In this document: one piece after another, positions 19,138-29,662 of the stretch
Layout of the letters: every line of letters starts with the position of its first letter
How positions within the stretch are numbered: position 1 is the stretch's first letter
From: Candidatus Altimarinota bacterium
GTDB taxonomy: Bacteria > Patescibacteriota > Gracilibacteria > CAIRYL01
DNA: 64,000 bases
NCBI GenBank assembly: GCA_965250085.1
Contig: OZ252287.1
Span: forward strand, 736,001-800,000
Direction of reading: 5' to 3'
Made by a program: the position numbers and the translations under genes
The notes under the pieces: model-generated
Told to the model about the DNA's origin: nothing
The model's database searches: none
The model's input: the letters and a program-made list of their open reading frames with translations, nothing else

Positions 19138-21024
19138 TTACCTTACAATTTTTACAATTTCAGGCGTTACATTTTCTGGTATAACCCAACAAAGTTTGTA
19201 GCGTTTTGAGCCTTTTTCTTCATTACATCGCTCATAGGTGCAATTTGCTTCTAATGCATCCAATGGAACCGTCATTTCATTTATAGTGCCGTCATACACA
19301 CGAAAATATAAAAGCCCCTCCTCTATCTTTAATACAAAAACAGTGTGGAATCCTGGATAGACAATAGAGTCCCTTATTTGCAACCCTGTATCTTGTGCTT
19401 CACGAATTATTTGCTCTTTGATTCCCACCTGTGCTCTCTTTTTTTCTTCAAACCGTGAAAGTACTTTTATAATGGTGCCTTCACTGGCTTCTGGAATAGC
19501 GCTTGGTTGATTTTTAGAATCAGCAGCTTCCTTTTGAGGAGCACTTCTTTCAAGCTTAGCAAATAGATCTTCTACAGCCGCGATTTCATCTGCAGAAACA
19601 CTTGAAATGTCCGGCTCAATGCGTACCTCTCTATCATCTTGACTCGTAAAAACCTCTCCTGCTCGCTCCGGATAAAGTCCAAATTTTCTTCTCAGAATTT
19701 TTTCTAAAAAAATAATGTACTTTTTCATAAGCCATTTGGTTACATCAAGTGTCGTTTGTTGACTGAAGAAGTCAAATTCTTCATCCATCAGTTCCTCAAA
19801 AAAATCTGCTGGAGCCTCTACCTTTGTTGCTCCCATTTGCCGTGCACATAAATACGCTCTCGAAAAAACTGTAGCTCTATCATCTCGCTTGAGCCATTTG
19901 CGCACAAGTATGAGCCAATATTTCCCCATTCCAATCGCATCAAAATTATATCTTGGCGCAACAAAATGAGTATTTTTGCCTTCAGCCACCATTTTAACAA
20001 ATCGATATAAGGTGTTGGCAGCGAAATACTCTCTTTTTTGCACAAAAAAACTTTCTCTTCCAAATAACCCAGGAATATTGGTTACAACAGATTTGGCTTC
20101 CCCTGAATTTTTTCTCATTTGCTCCTTGGCACTACTGGTATAGTACAGTCGATTTCTTGTCAGAAGTGCCTGATTGGAAGCAAGATCACGCCGCCCAAGA
20201 TGGTCTATTAGGGCTGCTTTTTCAAAATCTGCAATTTCTTCCACATCTACGGGGTGTACTCCCATCTTTTCTGCAAATGCCAAAATATCTGGCTCTTTTT
20301 TTGTCAAAACCAAATCTAAATCAGAGAGAGGGAGTTCTGCCCTTAATGATTCCAACAGTGTTTCTCCTTCTGGACTAGTAAGGTCCATATCTTGAAGCAC
20401 ATGAAGCTTCAACGCCACTCTCGCAGCACCACCCTTGGCCCCACTGTGCTCAGTGAGCATCTCAAGCTGTGGCAACAAATCAGTAAGATATGGAATCTCA
20501 CTTACAGGAATATCCTCCACTTGAATCTGATCTAAAACTTCATCATCATTGAGAGGTACCCATGAGATTTGTTTGATATCAGTCATCACTCTACGCGAGA
20601 CAGAAACAGGTCCCTCGTCTTCAGGAAGTTCTTGGTTTTTATATATTTCTCGAATATCCTGCGTAACAGCCTCTATAAGCTTTTTGATGAGGCCTCGAAC
20701 TTCCTCAGGTATCTCTTCATTTTTGAGTATTTTTGGCACTTGCTTCATTAGTTGTGAGTAGAAGTGTGAAGGGTTTTCAATGCTATCTACAAGATTGCGT
20801 AATTGCTCAGAAATATCGTTGAGGACAGCAAAAACACCATGTGGATCATCCACTCGAGATCGACCCGCATTAACTTCATCGTATGGGGATTCATGCCCGC
20901 TCAAAAATGAATCAGCAAAGCTGGATGTTATAAACTCCCAAGTCCTATTTCCTTTTGGTAGACCCATATTACGGAAATTAATAAAATAAGGTCGCATTAT
21001 AGTTGACCGTATTTCAAAAAACAA
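19138..21024 (-). CDS. divergent nucleotidyltransferase (CCA-adding/poly(A) polymerase head-like)
   Basis: KGGAAR..SDLDL and RRDLASNQ resemble GGxVRD/DxD and RRDFTINA; start uncertain. Confidence 0.5.
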   Translation of the reverse strand: MFFEIRSTIMRPYFINFRNMGLPKGNRTWEFITSSFADSFLSGHESPYDEVNAGRSRVDDPHGVFAVLNDISEQLRNLVDSIENPSHFYSQLMKQVPKILKNEEIPEEVRGLIKKLIEAVTQDIREIYKNQELPEDEGPVSVSRRVMTDIKQISWVPLNDDEVLDQIQVEDIPVSEIPYLTDLLPQLEMLTEHSGAKGGAARVALKLHVLQDMDLTSPEGETLLESLRAELPLSDLDLVLTKKEPDILAFAEKMGVHPVDVEEIADFEKAALIDHLGRRDLASNQALLTRNRLYYTSSAKEQMRKNSGEAKSVVTNIPGLFGRESFFVQKREYFAANTLYRFVKMVAEGKNTHFVAPRYNFDAIGMGKYWLILVRKWLKRDDRATVFSRAYLCARQMGATKVEAPADFFEELMDEEFDFFSQQTTLDVTKWLMKKYIIFLEKILRRKFGLYPERAGEVFTSQDDREVRIEPDISSVSADEIAAVEDLFAKLERSAPQKEAADSKNQPSAIPEASEGTIIKVLSRFEEKKRAQVGIKEQIIREAQDTGLQIRDSIVYPGFHTVFVLKIEEGLLYFRVYDGTINEMTVPLDALEANCTYERCNEEKGSKRYKLCWVIPENVTPEIVKIVR

Positions 21025-21109
21025 GGGTGATATTATTTTCGGTGGAACCGCTTCTGAATTGACCTAAGTCCAATTTTTTTCTTTTTAGAAATATAGGAAA
21101 GGAATATTT

Positions 21110-22180
21110 TCAAAACCGAAACTCATGTGAAAGATCCACATCTACATTTTGGAATATAAAATTTTTTCGTCGCGCACTGGAAGCGTGTTGCCACATGTAA
21201 TATCCAGCGCAGGCAATCATAGCGGCATTATCGGTGCAGTATTCTCTTTTTTCCGGGATTCGAGTTTTGAGATTCCGTTTTTTTGCCTCTTCTCCAAATC
21301 GCTCCCTGAGTCTTTCATTTGCGGAGACTCCTCCTGCCAGATGAACTTCTTTCGCTCCATATTCATCGACCGCCGTAAAGAGCTTCATGACAAGTGTGTC
21401 TACAATCGCCTCTTGATACGAAGCCGCAAAATCTGCAAGCTGAGAACTGGGAACTGGGAACTGGGAACTTTTCATATCTTTGCTCTCCTCACTCCCCACT
21501 CCCAGCTCCTTTACTTTATAGTAGAGCGCTGTTTTAAGCCCTGAAAATGAAAAATTGAAGTCTCCGCTTTTTTCCATTGGTCTGGGAAATGCAACTGCTT
21601 TTCTCTTTCCCTTGTCTGCTAATTTGGACAATGCAGGTCCTCCTGGATACGGCAATCCTAGCATACGCGCTCCCTTGTCGAACGCTTCTCCAGCCGCATC
21701 ATCCACAGTTTCTCCCAGATGTCTGAATTCCCAGTTTTTATTCCACAAATAAATATCGTTGTGCCCACCGGCCACAGTAAGAGATACAACGGGAAAGTGA
21801 GGATCCTCTTCTCGTTCTAGAAGATTAGAGAGAATGTGTCCCGCAATATGAAACACAGGGACCAGCGGTTTGTCATGGATCATGGCAAGAGTTTTTGCAG
21901 ATTCAATGCCAACTAATAATGATCCGAGCAGTCCGGGTCCATTGGTCACGGCGATCGCATCAATATCATTCCAGATGCATTTTGCTTCGATGAGTGCGGA
22001 GGAAATCACTGGCGCAATCTTGAGCGCTCCTTCTCTGGCGGCAATCTCTGGAACTATTCCTTTCGTTTTTTTGTGAAGTTCAGCAGATGATTCTATCACA
22101 GTAGAAAGCACACCGTATCCATCTTCTACAATTGCTCCTGCTATTTCGTCGCATGATGATTCAATTCCTAGAATTTTCAT
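21110..22180 (-). CDS. tsaD: tRNA t6A threonylcarbamoyltransferase TsaD
   Basis: ILGIESSCDE, GPGL, HIAGH, DDAAGEAFDK, FSFSGLKT, CTDNAAMI. Confidence 0.97.
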   Translation of the reverse strand: MKILGIESSCDEIAGAIVEDGYGVLSTVIESSAELHKKTKGIVPEIAAREGALKIAPVISSALIEAKCIWNDIDAIAVTNGPGLLGSLLVGIESAKTLAMIHDKPLVPVFHIAGHILSNLLEREEDPHFPVVSLTVAGGHNDIYLWNKNWEFRHLGETVDDAAGEAFDKGARMLGLPYPGGPALSKLADKGKRKAVAFPRPMEKSGDFNFSFSGLKTALYYKVKELGVGSEESKDMKSSQFPVPSSQLADFAASYQEAIVDTLVMKLFTAVDEYGAKEVHLAGGVSANERLRERFGEEAKKRNLKTRIPEKREYCTDNAAMIACAGYYMWQHASSARRKNFIFQNVDVDLSHEFRF

Positions 22181-22464
22181 AATCTCTGAAGAAAAACTTT
22201 TTGAATATCTTTCCATATCGCCTGCATATCTTCTTCAGAAATATCACACTTCAAAGCATGTTTCCAGAGTCCTTTCTTTTTTGGATCAAAAAGCTGAGCA
22301 ATCATACGTTCGTCTTTCTGAACATACATTCCTCTGCCAAGCATGTTTCCTGATACATCCAGAAGAATGTTGTTATCAGGAGTACAAACAATACGCAAAA
22401 GATTTTCCTGCGGAAGAATCTTTCGCGTGAGAATACACATCCGAGGGGGTTTTCTATGACCCAT
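22177..22464 (-). CDS. ylxR: YlxR/DUF448 RNA-binding protein
   Basis: PRMCILTR..LLRIV..GRGMY. Confidence 0.8.
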   Translation of the reverse strand: MGHRKPPRMCILTRKILPQENLLRIVCTPDNNILLDVSGNMLGRGMYVQKDERMIAQLFDPKKKGLWKHALKCDISEEDMQAIWKDIQKVFLQRL

Positions 22465-22487
22465 ACTGTGTAAAACGAGAGACAAGT

Positions 22488-23957
22488 TTACTTTTTCTTC
22501 TTTTTTTCGGATTTTTTCGGAGCTGCTTTCTTTTTCGTATCAGCAGTTTTTTTTGTTGTTTTCTTCGTTGTTTTTTTTTCGGTTTTCTTTTTTGTCTCTG
22601 AGTCTGCCTTCTTTGGTTTCTTTTTTACTGCTGTTTTTTTTGTGGCGACCTTCGTCTTTGATTTTTTCTCTTTTGGTGAGTCTTCCTTTGCTTCTGTTTT
22701 TTTTGAAATTTCCTCTTCAGAAGATTCTTCTTTCTTATCCTGAGCTTTATCAACAGACTCTTCTGCTTTTTCTTTCTTTGATACTGGTTTTTTCTTTTTA
22801 TCTGCCGACTTGTCCGCAGAAGTTTTAACGGAGACGGAGGCGGAAGTTTTTTCGGAGGAGGACTCTTTTTCTGTCGTTCCCTTGAGGCTCAGTCTCAGTG
22901 AATGATCATCCATAAGAATTTCCAAAACTTTTACTTCTACCTCTTGTCCTTCCTTATACTCTTTTTCAGGATCAATGCTTTCATTTTCAAATTCTGAAGT
23001 GTGGACCAGTCCATTGACTCCATCCTCGAGGGTGACAAAAATACCATAATTGGTGACTTTATTAATGCTCCCTTTATGAGAGGATCCTATCTCATAGGAT
23101 TCAATCTTATCCAGCCATGGATCAGGTTCAAGCTGTTTGATGGAAAGAGAAATCTTATGCCCCTCTACCCCAATAACTTTTACTTTGACTTTGTCTCCTA
23201 GCTTGAAGAGTTCTGTAGGCGTTTTGACATGACTCCATGTCATTTCAGAAATGTGTACCAGTCCTTCCAGATTTCCAAAAAGAACGAATGCGCCAAATTT
23301 TACAATCCCATTAACTTCACCTTCTACCTCATCATTCAGTTTTAGTTTTGACATTTCGTTTTCTCTCAGTTCAGCAGTTGCAGCTCTCTCGGAAACAACG
23401 AGTTTACGAATTTCGAGATCGAGAAGAATTATTTTCGTCGTAAACTTACGCCCCACCAATGCTTCTAGTTTTGCAAGTATCGCCTCTGCATTGGCTCCGT
23501 CTACACGCGGGTAATTTTGGGGCGAAAGCTGAGAAACTGGCAAGAATGCCGTGACTCCGTTCACTTCTACCATCAATCCTCCTTTGTTCGCCATTTTGGC
23601 TACGACTTCTATCGTTCCTCCTTCGTCCTGTATCTTTTCAAAATATTCCCATGATTTTTCTTGAGCTGCTTTTCGGAGAGAGAGAATAATCATTCCTTCA
23701 TCTGTTTCGTCCTCTAAGACAAAAGCCCCTACTTCATCCCCTATCTGTAAATTTTTTGCAGTCCCAAAGGTGTCATTGAGTTCTCTTCCAGAAATAATTC
23801 CGGTTGCAACTCCACCAATATCTATGAGGAGTTTTCCTGATCCAGTGCTAATAACTCGACCAGAAATAACAGTACCTGGAGTAATATCAACAAACTCCGG
23901 AGAGCTCTCCATAATATCCTCCATGGATATATGAGAGGGTGTTTCTTTTGTTGCCAT
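22488..23957 (-). CDS. rpsA: 30S ribosomal protein S1 (4 S1 domains) with Lys-rich tail
   Basis: Repeated S1 motifs (AFLPVSQL, EGLVHISEM, GLVHTSEF). Confidence 0.9.
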   Translation of the reverse strand: MATKETPSHISMEDIMESSPEFVDITPGTVISGRVISTGSGKLLIDIGGVATGIISGRELNDTFGTAKNLQIGDEVGAFVLEDETDEGMIILSLRKAAQEKSWEYFEKIQDEGGTIEVVAKMANKGGLMVEVNGVTAFLPVSQLSPQNYPRVDGANAEAILAKLEALVGRKFTTKIILLDLEIRKLVVSERAATAELRENEMSKLKLNDEVEGEVNGIVKFGAFVLFGNLEGLVHISEMTWSHVKTPTELFKLGDKVKVKVIGVEGHKISLSIKQLEPDPWLDKIESYEIGSSHKGSINKVTNYGIFVTLEDGVNGLVHTSEFENESIDPEKEYKEGQEVEVKVLEILMDDHSLRLSLKGTTEKESSSEKTSASVSVKTSADKSADKKKKPVSKKEKAEESVDKAQDKKEESSEEEISKKTEAKEDSPKEKKSKTKVATKKTAVKKKPKKADSETKKKTEKKTTKKTTKKTADTKKKAAPKKSEKKKKK

Positions 23958-24099
23958 AATAATAGTGTTTGCTGTGATAAAGAGAGACAAATGGCTTTTT
24001 TAGCACTGTCAGCCCCTAACAGCTCAGGCATGACAAACTAAAAAAAGCTGAGCGAGTCTAGGAAAAAAGAAGCAGAAATGCAAGAAAAAATAGTATTCC

Positions 24100-24840
24100 T
24101 TACTTTTTTGGAAAAAGTTCTTCGAAAACTTCTCGTGAAGAAAATGGTTTCTGCGCCAATACTTCAATAGAGCCAAGGAGGAGATTAAAAAGTTTTTGAA
24201 TATCTTGTTCTGGAAGTATGAGTCTGGAGAAACTTTCTGATGAAACGGTTTGGAAGAAAAAGAGACTTTTGATCTCATCGAATGTGAGTTTTGCTGCATC
24301 AGTGAGATGTTTGCAGCAAAAAAGACCTTGCTTTGGATGCCAAAATACAGTGCTTTGTTTAGAAAATTTTTTCCCGCATTTTGTGCAATTCTGAAAATAA
24401 GGAAATATTCCCAGCAAAGTACCAAGTTGCAGTATAAAACCACATATTTCTTCACGAGGCTTTGCAAAGGAGATTTGAAGAAATTTTTGCCAGAGAGAAA
24501 ACACGCCTGAAATGACTTGCCTCTCCGCAAGGAGCTTTAGAGAAGCTTCTGCCAAGAGAGAAAGTTCTGCCAAAAGTATCGGATCTGAAACATCAGGAGC
24601 AAAGAGAAATTCTGTTGAGAGGAGTCTGGCAAGGGCTTGCTCATTTTTAGGAATTGATCGAGCAAGTTTCATTTCTGAAAAAATTTGTATTGTTCCTTGC
24701 CGTTTGCTGCGTGCGCTTCGTATTCCTTTGGCAATCAGTTTTCTCTTTCCCTCTTTTTCCATTAAGAAGGTAAGCAAGGCATCACTCTCTTGATATGGCT
24801 GAACATGGAGCAGAATACCGCGATCAGTTATTTCTCGCAT
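24100..24840 (-). CDS. recO: DNA repair protein RecO
   Basis: GILL...YQESD..L...GK...AKG and CTKCG zinc finger. Confidence 0.9.
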   Translation of the reverse strand: MREITDRGILLHVQPYQESDALLTFLMEKEGKRKLIAKGIRSARSKRQGTIQIFSEMKLARSIPKNEQALARLLSTEFLFAPDVSDPILLAELSLLAEASLKLLAERQVISGVFSLWQKFLQISFAKPREEICGFILQLGTLLGIFPYFQNCTKCGKKFSKQSTVFWHPKQGLFCCKHLTDAAKLTFDEIKSLFFFQTVSSESFSRLILPEQDIQKLFNLLLGSIEVLAQKPFSSREVFEELFPKK

Positions 24841-24870
24841 GTGCAGAAAAAATGAAAGAAAACATAGTTT

Positions 24871-25833
24871 TTATTCTTCTGAGAATAAATGGTGCTTCCG
24901 AATAAACTTTTCTACAGTGAAAAATGAAATGATGAACGCACCTAAAATAAGAAATCCTATTGCCTTCCAAAAGGATGTGAGGAACGTGTATTGTAACTCT
25001 GAAAGCACTTGCAACAGAAAGACTTGATCTGATTGAGAGGTAAAGAAATTCACAGCACGAGGAGCAATGGTTTTGAGGAAAAGAAAGAAAAGAACAAAGC
25101 TTCCCAAAAATGAACAAAGTGCCAAAAAAACTCCATTGATTACAAATGGAAAACGGATGAACGAATGCTCCGCTCCTACCAGACGCATGATAAATATTTC
25201 TTTCTTCCGTTGATGCAAGATGGAAGACACAAAAAATGCTATAAGAAATGCAGAAATAGCAAGGAATACTGTTACCAAGAAAAATCCACTCTGACGGAAA
25301 AAAGAAAGAAGTTGAAGAATTCTGTTTACTTGTGATTTCTTTTCTTCATATCTATTAAAAAAACTTCGATCGATAACGTCATCAAACTGAGGATCTTCCA
25401 AAAAAACAAATATTTCATTTGGCGACCATGTACCCGGCACTATTTCTACTGATGCCTGTAATGGATTTCCGAGTTGATATCGTTCCAAAAATCGAACTTT
25501 GTCTGGAAATTTTTCTTTCATTTCGTTAAGCGCCTCATCTTTGGAAAAAGGTTGATAGCTCTGTATTTTTTTGTCTTTTTGCAGCGTCTCAAGTTCTAAT
25601 AAAAGTGCGTCAATTTGAAACTGACGTGTGTCAGGTTCAAAAAAAACTCCTACATCCACCTTCTCTTCTACTCGGTCTATAAGAGTTTGAGATGAGCTAT
25701 TAACTGAAAATATCATCCAGGTCAGGAAAAAAACCATGGCCATTGCCAAGATCGTCCACAAACTCATCCATTTATTTCTCCAAAAAAGATGAATAAATTC
25801 TGTGACGCCGCGCTTGAGAGAAAGAGTGTTCAT
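24871..25833 (-). CDS. ftsX: cell division permease FtsX
   Basis: RKKEIFIMRLVGA...IRFPF, NPL motif, four TMs. Confidence 0.88.
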   Translation of the reverse strand: MNTLSLKRGVTEFIHLFWRNKWMSLWTILAMAMVFFLTWMIFSVNSSSQTLIDRVEEKVDVGVFFEPDTRQFQIDALLLELETLQKDKKIQSYQPFSKDEALNEMKEKFPDKVRFLERYQLGNPLQASVEIVPGTWSPNEIFVFLEDPQFDDVIDRSFFNRYEEKKSQVNRILQLLSFFRQSGFFLVTVFLAISAFLIAFFVSSILHQRKKEIFIMRLVGAEHSFIRFPFVINGVFLALCSFLGSFVLFFLFLKTIAPRAVNFFTSQSDQVFLLQVLSELQYTFLTSFWKAIGFLILGAFIISFFTVEKFIRKHHLFSEE

Positions 25834-26270
25834 AAATGAGAGTTCCCAGGGAATATGTTTCTCAGTTTTGACGATTTAAATTCTTCGGGAAAATGGGGTA
25901 AAAGTCGAGTGATTATTGCCTCAGAAAAATTCTCATCTAGAAGCTTCATAGGGGCTTTCTGATCATATCCCAAGGCGATAATATCTGGGTCTATCATCTT
26001 TGGGATCAGAAGATAGTCTTCTTTTTCCCCAAGATAGACCCCATCAGCGATACCAAGTTCCTCAATATTTTGCACACGAATAGTTTCTGAAAAATGAGTA
26101 TTCCTTCCTTTTCTTTTTTTCACAGTACTGTCTTTTGCAATCACCACAAACAGTTCATCTCCCAGTTTTTTTGCACTTTTGAGAAAATCGATGTGCCCAG
26201 GGTGAATAATATCAAACGCGCCAAAAGCGAGCACTCGCATTTTGCCATTTTGTTTGGAAGGAATGTTCAA
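25830..26270 (-). CDS. cytidylyltransferase-family protein (archaeal-type FAD synthase RibL-like)
   Basis: FGAFDIIHPGH, PDIIALGYDQ, KSS. Confidence 0.8.
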   Translation of the reverse strand: MNIPSKQNGKMRVLAFGAFDIIHPGHIDFLKSAKKLGDELFVVIAKDSTVKKRKGRNTHFSETIRVQNIEELGIADGVYLGEKEDYLLIPKMIDPDIIALGYDQKAPMKLLDENFSEAIITRLLPHFPEEFKSSKLRNIFPGNSHL

Positions 26271-26276
26271 AATATT

Positions 26277-28022
26277 TTATTGCAAGGCTTTCAAAAAATT
26301 TTCAAGCTTCATTTTCTCTTCTTTCTCTAAACCATATTTCCGGACAGTTACCGACCCTTCACTTTCTTCTTTTTCTCCTACCACAAGAGTAAAGGGAATT
26401 TTTTGCATTTGAGAATTTCGAATTCTTTTGCCAAGGGTCTCATCTGCATCAAACATCTCTGCTCTGCCTCCCGACTCTCGAATCTTCTCAAAAACTTCCT
26501 GAGCATATTGTCCATATTTTTCAGAAACCGGAAGCACCGCACATTGCACAGGTGCGAGCCATGCGGGAAATGCTCCAGCATAATGCTCGATAAGAAATCC
26601 GATAAATCGTTCGTGAGTACTCAGTGGAGCGCGGTGGATACAAATAGGTGTCTGTTCACTTCCGTCGGCGGCAACATAGGTCAGATCAAATCGCTTTGGT
26701 ACTGCAAAATCTAGTTGATTGGTGGCCAGGGTAAATTCACGACCAATAGCCGACCAAATTTGCACATCAATTTTTGGTCCATAAAACGCCGCTTCATCTT
26801 CTGCCTCTACAAATGGTACTCCTGATTTTTCCAGAGCACTTCTTACAAGATTTTCGGTTTTGATCCAAAGATCTGGTTCATCCACATATTTTTTTCCCAA
26901 GCCTTTTTTGGAATGTTTGGAAAGACGCATTTCATATTTTTCAATGCCAAAGAGTTTGAAGTAATAGAGATACATATCAATAACACTTCGAAACTCTTCT
27001 TCAAATTGCTCTTCAGTGCAGTAGATATGTGCATCATTCATACACAGTGATCTCACTCTCATAAGGCCAAACAGTGCCCCAGAATCTTCATATCGATAGC
27101 AGTGTCCATATTCCGCAAGCCTGAGGGGAAGGTCACGATAGCTCTTTGGAGTAGCAGCATAAATCTTATGATGATGAGGACAGTTCATTGCCTTCAGATA
27201 ATACTTTTCATTGTCCATCTCCATCGGAGGAAACATGGACTCTGCATAATAGGGCAGATGTCCGGATCGTATGTACAGTGCCTCCTTTGCAATATGAGGG
27301 GAACGCACTCTTTGGTATCCATATTTTCCCTCAGTTTTCTTGGCGAGTTTTTCTAAAAGCTCTACAACCGCTGCACCTTTAGGAAGCCAAAGGGGAAGCC
27401 CTGGTCCCACTTCTTCATCAAAGGTAAAAAGTTCAAGTTCTTTTCCCAACTTTCGATGGTCACGTTTCTTTGCTTCTTCAATCATCTCTTCATACTCTTG
27501 AAGATTTTTTTTATCTTGAAAAGCAACTCCATAGATACGCGTCAGCATATTGTTTTTTTCACTTCCTCTCCAATATGCCCCGGCCAAAGTTGTAAGCTTG
27601 AATACCCCTATCTCACCAGTTGATTGTACATGTGGCCCCGCGCAGAGATCACGATAAAACGGCTTTTCTGAGGTTCCAAAGTCATATAGAGAAAATGTGG
27701 TTTCTCCTTCTTTTTTGAGATCTTCAATAAGCTCAATCTTGTATGGATCATCTCTAAATTCTTTTTTTGCAGTTTTATAATCAATTTCATGGCGTACAAC
27801 AGGGAAGTCCTTATTGATAATCCATCTCATTTTTTTCTCAATGCGCTTAAAATCCTCTTCTGAGATTTTTTGCTCACCAAAATCAAAATCCTGATAATAT
27901 CCCTCGTCTGTCCATGGTCCCACTCCACGTTTGGCATCAGGCCAGAGCATTTTGACTGCAGCAGACATAACGTGAGATGTCGTATGGCGCCGTCGCAATT
28001 CATCTTCTGTTAGATGGGGCAT
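26277..28022 (-). CDS. thrS: threonine--tRNA ligase (no N-terminal TGS domain)
   Basis: DLCAGPH, RDHRKLG, KAMNCP, AAFYGPK, IHRA. Confidence 0.98.
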   Translation of the reverse strand: MPHLTEDELRRRHTTSHVMSAAVKMLWPDAKRGVGPWTDEGYYQDFDFGEQKISEEDFKRIEKKMRWIINKDFPVVRHEIDYKTAKKEFRDDPYKIELIEDLKKEGETTFSLYDFGTSEKPFYRDLCAGPHVQSTGEIGVFKLTTLAGAYWRGSEKNNMLTRIYGVAFQDKKNLQEYEEMIEEAKKRDHRKLGKELELFTFDEEVGPGLPLWLPKGAAVVELLEKLAKKTEGKYGYQRVRSPHIAKEALYIRSGHLPYYAESMFPPMEMDNEKYYLKAMNCPHHHKIYAATPKSYRDLPLRLAEYGHCYRYEDSGALFGLMRVRSLCMNDAHIYCTEEQFEEEFRSVIDMYLYYFKLFGIEKYEMRLSKHSKKGLGKKYVDEPDLWIKTENLVRSALEKSGVPFVEAEDEAAFYGPKIDVQIWSAIGREFTLATNQLDFAVPKRFDLTYVAADGSEQTPICIHRAPLSTHERFIGFLIEHYAGAFPAWLAPVQCAVLPVSEKYGQYAQEVFEKIRESGGRAEMFDADETLGKRIRNSQMQKIPFTLVVGEKEESEGSVTVRKYGLEKEEKMKLENFLKALQ

Positions 28023-28468
28023 AATGAAACAAAAGGAAATATAAAATATGTGAGTTTCCGCCTCAATTATACGTGCGGAGTGAAAAAGAAAAACCCAAAA
28101 GATGTTGCCTGCTTCTTTCTACACAAAATACGTGGTACAGGGACGGTTTCCAAAGAAAGGAAAGAGTAGTACGTTCAAAAATATACAAAAAATCAGAAGA
28201 ATTGTGAAGAAACCTGCTCTGTTTATACAGACATTTTAACTCGTGAATACAAAATTGGAGCAAAAAATAAAAAGATACTTGACATGATTTAGTTTTTTTA
28301 TTAAAGTTCAATCCTTTGAGGGATTTTACGAAATGGACAAAAACATTTAAAGATGTATTAAAAAGAAAAAAGAAAGCCTTGACAAAACTTCAAATCACAT
28401 CGTACATTGACTGTTGTTCCTCCTCATATACTTTTTCCCCGACTTCCTTTTCATCTATTTAGAGCATT

Positions 28469-29581
28469 ATGACTTCTGCTACCAAAAGCGGTTCCTTGAA
28501 CCTCCAAAACATACTTGAAGATTTCTTCCTCATTCTGACAGAAAAAGAGCAGACGGTTATTACCAAACGCTTCGCTTTGGATGGAAAGCCAAAGAGGACT
28601 CTCGAAAGAATAGGGAAGCATTTTTCAGTGACCCGTGAAAGGATTCGCCAGATTGAAAGTATTGCACTGCAAAAACTTCGAAGAAACATTGGGAACACAG
28701 AACTTCAACAAATTAATGCACTTGCGAGAGAGATTTTGGAGTCAAATGGGGGTGTTCTGTTTGAAGGGTCATTGCTGGCAGAGATCCTCAATGTCTCACA
28801 TGTTTCTGACACTCCTGTTACAGGAAGTATTATTAAGCTAAGTCTTACTATTGATTCTCAACTTGAGAAGCTTGATACCTCAAAAGTGTTTCGTCCATTT
28901 TGGAGAATTAAAGAAGTATCGTTTGCGGAAATAGAAAAAACAGCTGGAGTAAGTTATAAAATTCTCAAAAAAGTAGGTTCTTTAACTCCAGAAAAAACAC
29001 TTTTAGAAAAAGCTCATAAGACGTTAAAGGGTGATATTCCTACTCCTCGCGTTGTTTCCATCTTATCACTCGATCGCCGCTTTAGAAAAATGGATGATGG
29101 TACTTGGGGGCTTATGGAATGGAGGCATGTAAATCCGAAAAGTATTCGGGACAAAGCCAATATCATCCTTAAAAAAACTGGAAACCCTTTGCATTTTATT
29201 GATATTGCGAATCAAATTTCACAAACCGGGTTTGATAAAAAGGTTGTTACAGTGCAAGCGGTGCACAATGATTTGATTCGTTATCCAGAGTTTGTACTCG
29301 TTGGAAGAGGGATGTATGCGCTTTCTGAATGGGGATATGAGCCTGGGACAGTAGCGGATGTGATTGCAAAAATATTGAAGAAAGATGGACCTATGAAAAA
29401 ACGTGATATTGTCACAAATGTTTTGAAACAGCGAGATGTAAAGCTGGGCACTATTTCTCTGAACTTACAAAAAAATCCTGCGTTTATACGAGTTGGGCGT
29501 GCCGTGTATGACTTTGAGCAAAGCAAGTGGAAAGTCCCGAAGCGTGGGCGAGGACGTGCAAAGATGAAAAACTTTGTCTAG
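28469..29581 (+). CDS. sigma70 region 4 plus winged-helix (HARE-HTH-like) protein
   Basis: [20 protein letters not shown]; [15 protein letters not shown]. Confidence 0.8.
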   Translation: MTSATKSGSLNLQNILEDFFLILTEKEQTVITKRFALDGKPKRTLERIGKHFSVTRERIRQIESIALQKLRRNIGNTELQQINALAREILESNGGVLFEGSLLAEILNVSHVSDTPVTGSIIKLSLTIDSQLEKLDTSKVFRPFWRIKEVSFAEIEKTAGVSYKILKKVGSLTPEKTLLEKAHKTLKGDIPTPRVVSILSLDRRFRKMDDGTWGLMEWRHVNPKSIRDKANIILKKTGNPLHFIDIANQISQTGFDKKVVTVQAVHNDLIRYPEFVLVGRGMYALSEWGYEPGTVADVIAKILKKDGPMKKRDIVTNVLKQRDVKLGTISLNLQKNPAFIRVGRAVYDFEQSKWKVPKRGRGRAKMKNFV

Positions 29582-29605
29582 GTCCTAAAAACTAATTGAT
29601 TTCTA

Positions 29606-29636
29606 AAAAGCCCTGATTTTTACGTCAGGGTTTTTT
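29606..29636 (+). terminator. intrinsic terminator, possibly bidirectional
   Basis: aaaagccctga...tcagggtttttt between convergent genes. Confidence 0.7.
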
Positions 29637-29662
29637 GTTTCTAAATACTACTGACAACTTTA

